Assembly: GCA_020444515.1 (NCBI GenBank)
Contig: JAHLKX010000008.1
Span: forward strand, 46,070 to 110,069
DNA from: Bacteroidota bacterium
GTDB lineage: Bacteria; Bacteroidota; Bacteroidia; Bacteroidales; JAADJA01
Direction of reading: 5' to 3'
Length of the DNA stretch: 64,000 bases
Under the pieces are notes generated by a model that was not told the origin of the DNA, did not search any database, and saw only the letters and a program-made list of their open reading frames with translations. Of this stretch, positions 9,007-20,091 are shown piece after piece; within the stretch, counting starts at the first letter, position 1; each line of letters starts with the position of its first letter. Made by a program: the position numbers and the translations under genes.

Positions 9007-10167
9007 ATGCGGTTCAAGGTATTATCGGTCTTAGTTTTGCTGGCACTCTCTGCATCTAATCTATGGGCCCAGGATAAAAAAGTGGAGTTTTCAGGTCACT
9101 TGCAAAACCTGAATACTTTATGGATTCAAGATGTGAGTTCGGAATGGTATACAACCGGGTCAATATACAACCGGCTGAATTTGAAATGGTACCCCAATGA
9201 GAGGTGGACCTTTTCGGCCAGCGCCCGCAATGTGGCTAATTACGGACAGCTCATTTATAACTATTATCCTTTATATTCAGACCTGTTGGTTCAGGATGAC
9301 GGATTTGTTGATTTAACTGGAACCATAGCAAGGGATTCCTCCTATATTCTTTACTCAAACCTCGATCGATTAAATCTCAAGTTCACCAAAGGTAAATTTG
9401 AAGCCACAGTAGGACGACAACGCATCAATTGGGGAATAAACATGGTTTGGAATCCCAATGATATATTCAATACTTTTAATTTTTATGATTTTGATTATGT
9501 GGAGCGGCCCGGTTGCGATGCCATCAGACTGCAATATTATACAGGCTATGCATCGGGCTATCAGATCGCTTTCAAAATGGATGCCGACAATGAAATCACA
9601 GCAGCAGGTATGTACAGTTTTAATCAATGGAATTACGACTTCCAGGTTCTCGGTGGTGTGATGACTTCAGATGTGGTTTTGGGAGCAGGCTGGTCGGGTT
9701 ATATCAAAAATGCAGGCTTTACTGGAGAAGCTTCTTATTTCCGGGATAAAGATAATTTTGCAGATACTACAGGGATTTTTGTTGCATCGATCGGAGGTAG
9801 TTATACATTTAGAAACAGCTTGATGGTAAACGCTTCAATTCTTTATAATTCTGATGGGACAACCGGAAAAGCAGGATATGGATCCTCATTTATTGTTCTG
9901 CAAGATGTATCACCAAAAAGTTTTTCACCTGCCAGGGCATCTCTGATGGGACAACTCTCCTACCCCATCACACCCCTCATTCAGGCAGACCTGAGCGGCA
10001 TTGTCAATCCTTACGACGGTTCTTTTTTCATAGGACCATCTGTGACTTTTTCACTCACGGATAATATTGGATTATTGCTTACTTCGCAAATTTTTGCGGG
10101 AGAAACAGGAACTGAATTTGGTGGATATGGGCAATTGTATTATTTAAGATTGAAATGGTCTTTTTAG
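9007..10167 (+). CDS. Predicted outer-membrane beta-barrel protein, last gene of the export operon
   Basis: Signal peptide, amphipathic strands, 'GRQRINWG...WNPND.F', C-terminal 'YLRLKWSF'; 3 bp after the ATPase. Confidence 0.75.
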   Translation: MRFKVLSVLVLLALSASNLWAQDKKVEFSGHLQNLNTLWIQDVSSEWYTTGSIYNRLNLKWYPNERWTFSASARNVANYGQLIYNYYPLYSDLLVQDDGFVDLTGTIARDSSYILYSNLDRLNLKFTKGKFEATVGRQRINWGINMVWNPNDIFNTFNFYDFDYVERPGCDAIRLQYYTGYASGYQIAFKMDADNEITAAGMYSFNQWNYDFQVLGGVMTSDVVLGAGWSGYIKNAGFTGEASYFRDKDNFADTTGIFVASIGGSYTFRNSLMVNASILYNSDGTTGKAGYGSSFIVLQDVSPKSFSPARASLMGQLSYPITPLIQADLSGIVNPYDGSFFIGPSVTFSLTDNIGLLLTSQIFAGETGTEFGGYGQLYYLRLKWSF

Positions 10168-10180
10168 CCCTTAAAGTGTT

Positions 10181-12124
10181 TTAATTCTTCAAAAACTTAA
10201 CAATGTAAACCCTGCTTTTTGAAGTTAAACTCACAATGTAAACCCCCGGTTCCAATTGATCCAGTTCAAGAGAATACTTATACTTCACATCCGTTATCCG
10301 AAACTTTCTTTTCAACACAATATGACCCTTCAAATCTAAAATTTGTAATTGAACAATTTCTTTTTCAAAACCATTCATTTCAATGGTTGCTTTTCCGATA
10401 ACCGGATTGGGATAAATGGATGCATTGAAAATATCTTTGTTGTTAAAAAGGGATATACCTGTTGCTACAGAATGATTTACCCAGTAATTAAAAATGCCGC
10501 TATACTGACCGAGGGTAAGATCCGGATCACCATCTCCATCCAGGTCAGCCAATGCAGGGGTAGTATTTTGCTCCCCCGATATACCCATGAAAATTTCATT
10601 GTTCTGGATCCATTCACCACCCTGATTCTCAAAATAAGTCAGTGAACCACTAAGATTGCCACAAAGGATATCGACATCACCATCCATATCAACATCGTAA
10701 ACAGTGGGCACACAATTCATCCCAACATCAATGGTACCAAAAAAATTTGCTACGACAGACCATTCAGGATCTTCCGGTGTTCCACCGTTTTGGATATACG
10801 TTAAATTTCCCGATTCATTTCCGGCAATGATATCCAAATCTTCATCACCATCAAAATCTGCAAGGCGGGGCGCCGACCAACCACCCAAAGCCACCGCTTG
10901 AAGAAAACTGGGTTCCTTAACAAATCCGTCGCCTGTATTTCTATGATAGTAGAGTCCCCCGTTCAGATCGCCAACAATGGCATCCGGAAGCCCATCATTG
11001 TTTACATCTCCCATTGCAACCGCACTATATATTGAATGTTTAAGAGATGCAAAAGGCGAACTGTTTTCTTCCCATGCAGGACCTGTTATGGTACCTGTAT
11101 TTTCAAAATATTTGATATCACCAAGCTGGGTTCCGGTAAACATATCCAGGTCTCCATCATTGTCAAAATCAAAAAAATAAGGATTGCTGGCACCGCCAAT
11201 ATCAATGACACCCCCGAACAAGGTAGTATTCTCAGTCCAGTCGGGTGCTGATGACGTACCGGTATTCAAGTAATATTTTAATGGTCCGGCATAGGTTCCG
11301 AAAACAAGGTCTGTCAGGCCGTCATCATCCAGGTCGGCCAACCCGGGCGAATTCCAGTAGCTGTCATTTCCCAAACCATCAAAAGCGGTTGTATTTATCT
11401 CCCAAACTGCTGTCGTTGAATTACCGGTATTTTCGTAATATACAAATCCATAGCTATCTCGCCCTAACAGCAAATCCTGGTCTTCGTCCTGATCGATATC
11501 ACAAAAATGAGGATACGCATACAGGCCCACATCACCGACCTCACTCACGTTATTCTCATTAAATTCCACCTCCTGGGGGGTTCCCATATTCATATAAATT
11601 TTAACAAGACCACTCTCGCTAATCCCGACGACCATATCATAATCGCCATCGCCATCCAGGTCACCAAAGTCAGGTATTGGATTTTGTCCGACTTCAAGAC
11701 CATTAAAAATACCAGGCTGTTTTTCGAAAACCGGGCTCAATGATGTGCCTATATTCTTGTAGAGGTTAAGCCCCGTAAAACCACCGCTTATCAAATCAAG
11801 ATCATCATCCGAGTCAATATCACTGAACACGCCTACTTCCGCATCAAGCGACTGAACATTTTCGAAAATATCGGCACCCGGAACAAACATTGGAGAAGCA
11901 GATGATCCGGTGTTTTCAAGATACAACGGATTTTCACCAACACTCCCGAGAATCATGTCAAAATCATCATCCCCATCCAGATCGGCAAAGCGGGGCTGCG
12001 AAAAAGTAAGACTGGGGACGCCGCTTGGATTAAAAATATTATCATTCTGGGTCCAGGGTTGTCCTTTTACCTGGGAATTAATGAGGATTGTAGTGATAAA
12101 TAAGATGAGAAATAAATTTTTCAT
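10181..12124 (-). CDS. FG-GAP/VCBS-repeat secreted protein with T9SS type A C-terminal domain
   Basis: Signal peptide, ten DxDxDGDxD-type repeats, CTD 'IYPNPV...L..GVYIV...KFLKN'. Confidence 0.88.
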   Translation of the reverse strand: MKNLFLILFITTILINSQVKGQPWTQNDNIFNPSGVPSLTFSQPRFADLDGDDDFDMILGSVGENPLYLENTGSSASPMFVPGADIFENVQSLDAEVGVFSDIDSDDDLDLISGGFTGLNLYKNIGTSLSPVFEKQPGIFNGLEVGQNPIPDFGDLDGDGDYDMVVGISESGLVKIYMNMGTPQEVEFNENNVSEVGDVGLYAYPHFCDIDQDEDQDLLLGRDSYGFVYYENTGNSTTAVWEINTTAFDGLGNDSYWNSPGLADLDDDGLTDLVFGTYAGPLKYYLNTGTSSAPDWTENTTLFGGVIDIGGASNPYFFDFDNDGDLDMFTGTQLGDIKYFENTGTITGPAWEENSSPFASLKHSIYSAVAMGDVNNDGLPDAIVGDLNGGLYYHRNTGDGFVKEPSFLQAVALGGWSAPRLADFDGDEDLDIIAGNESGNLTYIQNGGTPEDPEWSVVANFFGTIDVGMNCVPTVYDVDMDGDVDILCGNLSGSLTYFENQGGEWIQNNEIFMGISGEQNTTPALADLDGDGDPDLTLGQYSGIFNYWVNHSVATGISLFNNKDIFNASIYPNPVIGKATIEMNGFEKEIVQLQILDLKGHIVLKRKFRITDVKYKYSLELDQLEPGVYIVSLTSKSRVYIVKFLKN

Positions 12125-12315
12125 TTTTTACTATTTTTGATAATCCTGTTTTTAATTTCTTGAATCACAACCAAAATTAAGTTAATTCATGATGACTTGC
12201 GAATTTTATACTTTTGATTGCTATTTATAAAAGCTTCCGGTTCGGGAGTAAAAACAATGCACTTTGAATCCTAAATTTAATACTTTTACTACGATTTATT
12301 CCATAACCAAAACAC

Positions 12316-14760
12316 ATGATTCATAATTCGGAACTTGATCTGGCTTTTGATTTTGTGCAATATACAAATCGTAATATTTTCCTGACAGGTAAAGCTGGCA
12401 CTGGAAAAACAACTTTTCTGCATAAACTCAAGGAGGTGTCGCCCAAAAGAATGATTGTGGTTGCCCCAACCGGTGTTGCTGCCATCAATGCAGGCGGGGT
12501 AACTAGCCATTCATTTTTCCAAATGCCTTTTGGTCCCATTTTGCCGGGCCGGCTAAGCGAAGTACAAAATGATTCGGGTCAGAATAGTGCGATCCGTAAA
12601 TTTAACAAAAGGAAGATCAACATCATTCGTTCCCTTGATTTACTTGTGATTGATGAGATCAGCATGGTAAGGGCCGACCTGCTGGATGGAATCGACCAGG
12701 TGTTGCGCCGGTATAAAAACAAAAACAAACCTTTTGGTGGAGCTCAGGTGCTGATGATTGGGGACCTTCAGCAATTGGCTCCTGTGGTAAAAGAAAATGA
12801 GTGGCGCATGCTCAGAGATTTTTATGAAACGGCTTTCTTTTTTAGCAGCAAGGTCTTCCAGCAAGCTGATGCAGTCAGTATCGAGCTCAAACATATTTAC
12901 CGTCAAAAGGATAATGAGTTTATCCGGATCCTGAACGAAATCCGTGACAACCGGCTCTCACCCGAATCATTGGAAACACTGAATAAAAGGCACATACCCG
13001 GATTTCAACCCAAAAGTAAAGAAGGTTATATTATTCTCACAACCCACAATGCGATAGCCAATCGAATTAACCAGGAGCAACTTGAAAAGGTAAAGGCCAG
13101 GGAACACACTTTTGAAGCAGAAATACAAGGACAGTTTCCTGAGCATTCATTCCCCGCCGAACAATTTCTAGCTTTGAAGGAAGGGGCACAGGTGATGTTT
13201 ATCAAAAACGACAGCTCTCCTGAAAAAAGATTTTTCAATGGTAAAATAGGACGCGTTGTAGGCATCGAAGATGATTCCATTTTTGTGCAATGCGATCATG
13301 AGGACAATCCCATAGAGGTGGGCAGGGAAATGTGGGAAAACATTCGCTATTCCATCAACGAAAGGTCCAAAGAGATTGAAGAAGCGGTGGCCGGGTCATT
13401 TATCCAATACCCGTTGCGTTTGGCCTGGGCTATAACCATCCACAAAAGTCAGGGCCTTACCTTTGATAAGGCTGTGATAGATGCCAATGCAGCCTTTGCC
13501 CACGGGCAGACCTATGTCGCCCTGAGCCGATGCAAATCGCTGGAAGGACTTGTACTCAGTACTAAAATTTCACCTGATGGAATCATCTGCGATCCCACGG
13601 TTGGAAAATTCAATAATGATGTTGAACAACACCAGCCTGATGAAAAGGTACTTTCATTCTCTAAACAAAACTATCGCCTGGAACTTCTGGATGAGTTATT
13701 CAGTTATCGGCAGCTTCAATACCACTTTGAAAAGTGTAAAACGCTAGTCGCAGAAAATAAGCGATCCATTCAGGGTGATATCGGGGAAAAAATTGATCAG
13801 ATCCTCCAAAATGGTATTCCACCTTTAAAAGAGGTGGGAACCAAATTCATGGCTCAATTGAGATATATAACACAGCAGGAGTCGTCCGAAGCACAATTCC
13901 AGGATAGGATCAAAAAAGGGGCAAACTATTTTGGGGATCAAACAGAAAAACAGCTTGCGAAACCATTTAACGAAAGTGAACTCGAGACGGATAACACAGC
14001 TGTCAGAAAAGTGATCCGGGAAACCATTGAGAAAATAGATGAACTGATAATTGTAAAATTGGCTTGTTTAAATGTTTGCAAAAATGGATTCATTCTCAAA
14101 GATTACCTGCACGTGAGGGCAACAGCTGCGCTTGAAAAACCGACAAAGGCAACACAGGAAAAAACAAAGATCACCGGCAAAATGTCGTCGCATCCAAAAC
14201 TGTATGAATACCTGCGCGAGTGGCGAAACAGGATCGCCCTTGACGCAGGCATACCGCATTATCGGGTAATCTCGCAAAGAGCACTGCTTGGCATTTCAAA
14301 CACTGTTCCCGGCAACGAAAATAAATTGCTGGAGGTGAAAGGTTTCGGAAAAATGAAGTTTAAAAAATTTGGAGAAGACATTTTACACATTGTGAGTCAA
14401 TATTGCGATGAGCACAGTGTGGAGCCAACGTTGTCCCGGGCAACTTCAAAACCGGTAAAAAAGGACACCAAAAAGATTACCTTTGAATTATTTAAAGAAG
14501 GTAAAAGCATCACCGAAATTGCGAAGATCAGGAACTTTACTGAGAATACCATTGAAAGTCATTTAGCCCATTATGTGGGGTTGGGTGAACTCGACATTCA
14601 TCTTTTTGTAGACAAAAAGACCCGGGAAACTATTTCTGATTTTTTCGAAGAAAACCCCGGAGCTGGATTAAGCCTGGCAAAAGAAGCGCTTGACAATAAG
14701 ATCACCTATTCTCAAATCAAAATGGTCAGGAGCCATCTTGAATTTCTCACCAATCAATAA
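12316..14760 (+). CDS. PIF1-like (SF1B) helicase with HRDC and C-terminal HTH domains
   Basis: GKAGTGKT, 'IDEISMVR', 'AWAITIHKSQGLTF', 'GQTYVALSR', HRDC 'LYEYLREWRN.IA....IP.Y.V', terminal HTH. Confidence 0.9.
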   Translation: MIHNSELDLAFDFVQYTNRNIFLTGKAGTGKTTFLHKLKEVSPKRMIVVAPTGVAAINAGGVTSHSFFQMPFGPILPGRLSEVQNDSGQNSAIRKFNKRKINIIRSLDLLVIDEISMVRADLLDGIDQVLRRYKNKNKPFGGAQVLMIGDLQQLAPVVKENEWRMLRDFYETAFFFSSKVFQQADAVSIELKHIYRQKDNEFIRILNEIRDNRLSPESLETLNKRHIPGFQPKSKEGYIILTTHNAIANRINQEQLEKVKAREHTFEAEIQGQFPEHSFPAEQFLALKEGAQVMFIKNDSSPEKRFFNGKIGRVVGIEDDSIFVQCDHEDNPIEVGREMWENIRYSINERSKEIEEAVAGSFIQYPLRLAWAITIHKSQGLTFDKAVIDANAAFAHGQTYVALSRCKSLEGLVLSTKISPDGIICDPTVGKFNNDVEQHQPDEKVLSFSKQNYRLELLDELFSYRQLQYHFEKCKTLVAENKRSIQGDIGEKIDQILQNGIPPLKEVGTKFMAQLRYITQQESSEAQFQDRIKKGANYFGDQTEKQLAKPFNESELETDNTAVRKVIRETIEKIDELIIVKLACLNVCKNGFILKDYLHVRATAALEKPTKATQEKTKITGKMSSHPKLYEYLREWRNRIALDAGIPHYRVISQRALLGISNTVPGNENKLLEVKGFGKMKFKKFGEDILHIVSQYCDEHSVEPTLSRATSKPVKKDTKKITFELFKEGKSITEIAKIRNFTENTIESHLAHYVGLGELDIHLFVDKKTRETISDFFEENPGAGLSLAKEALDNKITYSQIKMVRSHLEFLTNQ

Positions 14761-14778
14761 CTTTAGGGTTCAAACATA

Positions 14779-15489
14779 TTAAGCAATATTCGTATAAACA
14801 GCCTGAACATCGTCATCATCCTCAATTTTATCGAGCATTTTTTCAATGTCGATTAGTTGTTCTTCTGAAAACGATACGGGTGAAGTTGGGATCCGTTGCA
14901 AATTGGCTTTGCTGATCTTGATTCCTTTCTCTTCGAAGGCTTTTGAAAGGGTACCGAAATCCGTATAATCGGCATAAGCATAAAACGTGCCTTCATTTTC
15001 TTCGATTTCCTCGAGTCCATGGTCAATGAGTTCAAGTTCCATTTCTTCGATGTCCATGTCTTCCGTTTTCTCAAACTCAAATACGGCCTTACGAGAAAAC
15101 ATAAACTCCAGTGAACCAGTTGGAACAAGTGAACCACCCACTTTATTAAAATACGATTTCACATTGGCAACAGTCCGCGTAGTATTATCGGTGGCACATT
15201 CCACAAAAACCAACACACCGTGGGGACCTTTTCCTTCGTAGTTCACCTCAGTGTAAGCATCGGCTTCTTTTCCTAAAGACCTTTTGATGGCAGCATCTAT
15301 GTTATCTTTGGGCATATTTTGTGCTTTGGCATTCTGGATAGCAGTTCGAAGCCGTGGATTTAAATCCGGATCAGCACCTCCCTCTTTGGCAGCCACGGTA
15401 ATAGTTTTGGACAACTTTGGAAATATTTTGGACATTTTATCCCAGCGCTTTTCTTTGGCGGCCCGACGGTATTCAAATGCTCTTCCCAT
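14779..15489 (-). CDS. yebC: YebC/PmpR family protein
   Basis: 'MGRAFEYR', 'NMPKDNI', 'YEGKGPHGV', 'TDNTTRT', '[11 protein letters not shown]'. Confidence 0.95.
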   Translation of the reverse strand: MGRAFEYRRAAKEKRWDKMSKIFPKLSKTITVAAKEGGADPDLNPRLRTAIQNAKAQNMPKDNIDAAIKRSLGKEADAYTEVNYEGKGPHGVLVFVECATDNTTRTVANVKSYFNKVGGSLVPTGSLEFMFSRKAVFEFEKTEDMDIEEMELELIDHGLEEIEENEGTFYAYADYTDFGTLSKAFEEKGIKISKANLQRIPTSPVSFSEEQLIDIEKMLDKIEDDDDVQAVYTNIA

Positions 15490-15772
15490 TGATCAGTATT
15501 TAAGATTTAGGCGGCAAAAATATGAAACGCATGGATTCATATCTAAAAAAAATTTAATTCGGGAATTAATAACATGTATACTTGCATGTTAATTTTATTA
15601 AGCAGGGCAATTCGGTGAGATTTATTGATGATGGTTGGCCATCAAATGATTTTAAGTATACATGCTGCGCGATTCAATAAAATATTTGTATATAATTTCT
15701 TGTTAATTAAAAAGTTTATATTAATTTTGCAGCCCTAAAATTTCAAGCAAAAGTTTTATAAACAGAAACAAT

Positions 15773-16042
15773 ATGTACTTATCGGCCGAAAAGAAAAAAG
15801 AGCTCTTCAAAGAATACGGAAAATCAGAATTTGATACTGGTTCCACCGAAGGACAGGTTGCTTTATTCACATTCAGAATCAAGCATTTGACCGAACATTT
15901 GAAAAATAATAAGAAGGACAATAAAACCGAGCGTTCACTTGTACTTCTGGTTGGTAAAAGAAGAAAACTTCTGGATTACCTGAAGAAAAACGATATTGAA
16001 CGGTACAGGGCAATTATAAAAAAGCTTGGTCTGAGAAAGTAG
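15773..16042 (+). CDS. rpsO: 30S ribosomal protein S15
   Basis: 'DTGSTEGQVALFT.RI.HLTEHLK', 'LVGKRRKLLDYL', terminal LGLRK. TAATTTTG promoter at 15722-15729. Confidence 0.98.
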   Translation: MYLSAEKKKELFKEYGKSEFDTGSTEGQVALFTFRIKHLTEHLKNNKKDNKTERSLVLLVGKRRKLLDYLKKNDIERYRAIIKKLGLRK

Positions 16043-16054
16043 GAAAAAAAACTG

Positions 16055-16080
16055 AAAGGCAATGTAAATTGCCTTTTTTT
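16055..16080 (+). terminator. Intrinsic terminator/hairpin between rpsO and pnp
   Basis: AAAGGCAAT-GTAA-ATTGCCTTT followed by a T run. Confidence 0.7.
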
Positions 16081-16098
16081 GTATTAATGTAAATAATA

Positions 16099-18231
16099 AT
16101 GAGTAAAACAGGAATTCAAAAATCAATTACCCTGGCCGATGGCAGGGAAATTACAATAGAAACCGGCAAATTAGCCACCCAAGCTGATGGATCAGTTGTT
16201 GTTAAAATGGGTGAAACCATGCTTTTAGCAACCGTGGTATCCAATAAAGAACCTAGAGAAAACGTAGACTTTCTTCCATTATCGGTTGATTATCAGGAAA
16301 AATATGCAGCAACCGGAAGATTTCCGGGAGGATTTTTTAAGCGTGAAGCACGCCCTTCAGAATATGAAATTTTAATTGCACGTTTAGTCGACAGAGCGCT
16401 TCGCCCATTATTTCCCAGTGATTATCACGCGGAAACACAAGTCTTGATCACCCTTATTTCTGCCGATAAAAACACAATGCCTGATGCATTGGCTGCACTC
16501 GCAGCATCATCTGCCCTTTCCGTTTCAGATATCCCATTCAACGGTCCCATATCAGAGGTACGTGTGGGTCGTAAAAACGGTCAATTGATCGTCAATCCTT
16601 CTGTATCTGATATTGATTTACTCGATCTCGATATAATGGTAGCTGCGACCATGGATAACATCATGATGGTTGAAGGAGAAATGAAAGAGGTCAGTGAAGA
16701 AGAAATGTTGGAAGCATTGAAATTTGCGCATGATGCCATTAAACCGCAATGTCAGGCGCAACTTGACCTGGCTGCCATGATTGAAAAAGCTAAAGTAAAA
16801 CGTGAATATTCACATGAAGATAATGATGAAGCATTAAAAGAAAGGGTTTGGAAAGAAACGTATGATAAAGTATATGCTGTGGCCAAACAAGGAACAGCAA
16901 AGCATGAACGTCATGAGGAATTTGACAGGGTAAAAGAAGAATTTAAAGCAACCTTTTCCGAAGAAGAGCTGGAAGAAAAAGGAATGTTGATTGATCGCTA
17001 TTATCATGATGTTGAGAAAGAGGCCATGCGTCGTATGATTTTGGATGAAAGCCAGCGTCTGGATGGAAGAGCATTGAATGAAGTCAGGCCCATTTGGTCG
17101 GAAGTCGATTATTTACCAGCAGCTCATGGTTCTGCCATTTTCACAAGGGGCGAAACCCAGTCGCTTACAACAGTAACACTCGGTACCAAGCTTGATGAAC
17201 AAACCATCGATGGTGCTGTGATTGAAGGTAAAAGCAATTTTATTTTACATTATAACTTTCCTCCATTCTCAACCGGTGAAGCACGCATGATGCGGGGTAC
17301 CGGTCGCCGTGAAATAGGACATGGAAACCTTGCTCTTCGTGCCTTGAAGTTTGTCATGCCCAAAGGCGAAGAGAATCCTTATACCGTCCGAATCGTTTCT
17401 GATATTTTGGAATCCAATGGCTCCTCATCAATGGCCACTGTTTGTGCAGGCACTATGGCGCTCATGGATGCCGGGGTGAAAATTCTTAAACCCGTTTCTG
17501 GAATTGCCATGGGTTTGATAACCGACAAAGATTCAAATAAATACTCGGTATTGTCTGATATCCTTGGTGATGAAGATCATCTGGGCGATATGGACTTCAA
17601 AGTTACCGGGACCCGTGATGGGATTACTGCCTGTCAGATGGACATCAAAGTCGAGGGATTATCTTATGAAATTTTGCAGAAGGCCCTTGATCAGGCCCGG
17701 GAAGGAAGACTCCATATCCTGAATGAAATGGAAAAAACCATCCAGCAACCCCGAGAAGATTATAAGCCACATGTACCTCGGATTGAAAAGATGTCTGTTC
17801 CCAAGGAATTCATTGGTGCAATCATTGGTCCTGGTGGAAAAGTCATTCAGGAAATCCAGGAATCCACCAATAGCACCATTGTGATCGAGGAAGTTGACAA
17901 CCTGGGTATCATTGATATTGTTACCACTGATAAAGCTTCAGCTGAGGCAGCCAAAGCACGGATCAAAGCCATTACGGCCGTACCGGAAGTTGGTGAAGTA
18001 TACCTGGGAACAGTTAAGAACATTACAACCTTTGGGGCTTTTGTTGAAATACTTCCAAATAAGGAAGGGCTGTTGCACATTTCAGAAATTGACTGGAAGC
18101 ACATTAAAGATGTAGAGAGTGTTTTGAAAACCGGGGACAAAGTCAAAGTTAAATTGATAGACGTTGATGGAAAATCAGGCAAACTGAAATTATCCAGAAA
18201 AGTTCTTATTCCGCGTCCAGAGCGCAATTAA
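16099..18231 (+). CDS. pnp: Polyribonucleotide nucleotidyltransferase
   Basis: Two RNase PH domains ('RREIGHG', 'SNGSSSMA', '[11 protein letters not shown]'), KH and S1 domains. Confidence 0.98.
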   Translation: MSKTGIQKSITLADGREITIETGKLATQADGSVVVKMGETMLLATVVSNKEPRENVDFLPLSVDYQEKYAATGRFPGGFFKREARPSEYEILIARLVDRALRPLFPSDYHAETQVLITLISADKNTMPDALAALAASSALSVSDIPFNGPISEVRVGRKNGQLIVNPSVSDIDLLDLDIMVAATMDNIMMVEGEMKEVSEEEMLEALKFAHDAIKPQCQAQLDLAAMIEKAKVKREYSHEDNDEALKERVWKETYDKVYAVAKQGTAKHERHEEFDRVKEEFKATFSEEELEEKGMLIDRYYHDVEKEAMRRMILDESQRLDGRALNEVRPIWSEVDYLPAAHGSAIFTRGETQSLTTVTLGTKLDEQTIDGAVIEGKSNFILHYNFPPFSTGEARMMRGTGRREIGHGNLALRALKFVMPKGEENPYTVRIVSDILESNGSSSMATVCAGTMALMDAGVKILKPVSGIAMGLITDKDSNKYSVLSDILGDEDHLGDMDFKVTGTRDGITACQMDIKVEGLSYEILQKALDQAREGRLHILNEMEKTIQQPREDYKPHVPRIEKMSVPKEFIGAIIGPGGKVIQEIQESTNSTIVIEEVDNLGIIDIVTTDKASAEAAKARIKAITAVPEVGEVYLGTVKNITTFGAFVEILPNKEGLLHISEIDWKHIKDVESVLKTGDKVKVKLIDVDGKSGKLKLSRKVLIPRPERN

Positions 18232-18394
18232 TTTCTGAAACCTTCTAGGTTTCTGAAACGTAAAACTCCCGAAAAACAGATTACGTTAGCTTTTCGGGAT
18301 TTTTTATGGAACCATAAAAAATCCCGGTTTGATGTTAAAATGCTAGCTGTTTAAAAACGTTATAAATACATTACGGTTATAATTAAATTTTGGA

Positions 18395-19258
18395 ATGAGG
18401 CAACTTAAAATCACGAAACAGGTCACCAACCGGGATACAGCATCACTCGAAAAATATCTACAGGAAATTGGAAAGGTCGACCTGATTTCTGCTGATGAAG
18501 AAGTCAAGCTTGCTCAACGAATTAAGCAAGGTGATAAACTGGCACTTGAAAAACTTACCAAAGCCAACCTCCGTTTTGTCGTTTCTGTTTCCAAACAATA
18601 TCAGAATCAGGGTCTCAGTCTGCAGGATTTAATCAATGAAGGGAATCTGGGGCTCATTAAAGCAGCCCAGCGATTTGATGAAACAAGAGGGTTTAAATTT
18701 ATCTCTTACGCCGTTTGGTGGATCCGACAGTCGATCATGCAAGCCCTGGCTGAGCAATCCCGGATAGTGAGGCTGCCACTGAACCGCATCGGGACACTGA
18801 ATAAAATTAACAGGGCATATGCCCAGTTGGAACAAGAGTTTGAAAGGGAACCCAACAGCAGTGAAATCGCAAATATGTTACAGGTTAATGAAGATGAAAT
18901 CAGGTCCTCTATTAAGGATGCAGGCCGGCATGTTTCGATGGATGCACCGATGGTTACTGATGAAGAAACCAGCCTTTACGATGTGCTTCATAGTGATGAT
19001 TCACCCCACCCTGACAAAGACCTGATCCATGATTCTCTTAAAATTGAAATTGAAAGAGCAATTTCAACATTGACTGCTCGTGAAGCTGATGTGTTAAGAT
19101 CCTATTACGGACTTAATTCAACTGCTCCACTATCACTTGAAGAAATTGCCTTTAAATATGATCTAACCCGTGAACGGGTTCGGCAAATTAAAGAAAGGGC
19201 CATTCGGCGATTGAAACAAAGTTCCAGAAGCAATCTATTAAAAAACTATCTGGGTTAA
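18395..19258 (+). CDS. rpoD: Primary RNA polymerase sigma70 factor, Bacteroidota type lacking region 1.1
   Basis: '[13 protein letters not shown]', 'ANLRFVVSV', '[14 protein letters not shown]', '[12 protein letters not shown]', '[10 protein letters not shown]'; pnp-sigma-rpe synteny. Confidence 0.88.
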   Translation: MRQLKITKQVTNRDTASLEKYLQEIGKVDLISADEEVKLAQRIKQGDKLALEKLTKANLRFVVSVSKQYQNQGLSLQDLINEGNLGLIKAAQRFDETRGFKFISYAVWWIRQSIMQALAEQSRIVRLPLNRIGTLNKINRAYAQLEQEFEREPNSSEIANMLQVNEDEIRSSIKDAGRHVSMDAPMVTDEETSLYDVLHSDDSPHPDKDLIHDSLKIEIERAISTLTAREADVLRSYYGLNSTAPLSLEEIAFKYDLTRERVRQIKERAIRRLKQSSRSNLLKNYLG

Positions 19259-19264
19259 GACACT

Positions 19265-19290
19265 GGCGGACTTTTGGTCCGCCTTTTTTT
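19265..19290 (+). terminator. Rho-independent terminator after the sigma factor gene
   Basis: GGCGGAC-TTTTG-GTCCGCC followed by a T tract. Confidence 0.85.
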
Positions 19291-19327
19291 ATGAAATCTT
19301 ATTACTTTTACCCACAAAATAATCACC

Positions 19328-19975
19328 ATGAAAAAAATGATTGCCCCATCTATACTCTCTGCTGATTTTGGCCATTTGAAATCAGATATTGAAATGATCA
19401 ATGAGAGCGACGCTGATTGGATTCACGTTGACATCATGGATGGTGTATTTGTTCCCAATATTTCCTTTGGCTTTCCGATTATTAAAATCATTAAAAAATA
19501 TGCCCGAAAACCGCTTGATGTTCATCTAATGATCGTACAACCCGATCGTTATATTACCCGCTTTAAAGAAGCCGGCGCTGATATCCTTTCGGTTCAATAT
19601 GAGGCCTGCACTCATTTGCACCGAACCGTTCAAAGCATTCATGGTGCAGGAATGAAAGCGGGAGTCGTTCTCAATCCTCACACCCCAGTCAATGTTCTTG
19701 AAGATATCATTGATGTGGTTGATCTTGTGCTGATCATGTCAGTCAATCCGGGTTTTGGGGGACAGAAATTTATTGAAAACACCTTTAATAAAATAGATCG
19801 ACTTGTTAAAATGAAGTCACAACACAACGCCGAAGCATTGATTGAAGTTGATGGTGGAGTTGATTTTTCCAATGCCGAAAAGCTCTTCCAAAGAGGTGCC
19901 AATGTGCTTGTTGCCGGAAATAGCGTTTTTTCAGCTGAGAATCCGACAGAAATGATCAGCAAATTAAAAAAATAA
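19328..19975 (+). CDS. rpe: Ribulose-phosphate 3-epimerase
   Basis: 'IAPSILSADF', 'HVDIMDGVFVPN', 'DVHLM', 'MSVNPGFGGQKF', 'EVDGGV'. Confidence 0.97.
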   Translation: MKKMIAPSILSADFGHLKSDIEMINESDADWIHVDIMDGVFVPNISFGFPIIKIIKKYARKPLDVHLMIVQPDRYITRFKEAGADILSVQYEACTHLHRTVQSIHGAGMKAGVVLNPHTPVNVLEDIIDVVDLVLIMSVNPGFGGQKFIENTFNKIDRLVKMKSQHNAEALIEVDGGVDFSNAEKLFQRGANVLVAGNSVFSAENPTEMISKLKK

Positions 19976-20091
19976 TCGGGTTTCTCCATTTTGATTATTT
20001 AAGATAGTAATGAGCTTTTCTTAAAGAAATCGGAAAATCACCGAACAAATTTGGACAAGGCCAGTATAAACAGCATCATTGAAGTTATTTT

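Noticed and set aside
12316-14760. PIF1-like helicase as a defence or mobile-element gene
   Set aside because: The PIF1-HRDC-HTH architecture is a common chromosomal Bacteroidota gene; no nuclease, integrase or defence neighbours are present.
18232-18260. Direct repeat TTTCTGAAAC x2 after pnp as a CRISPR or REP element
   Set aside because: Only two 10-bp copies 8 bp apart, part of a 3'-UTR hairpin region; there is no array and no cas gene.
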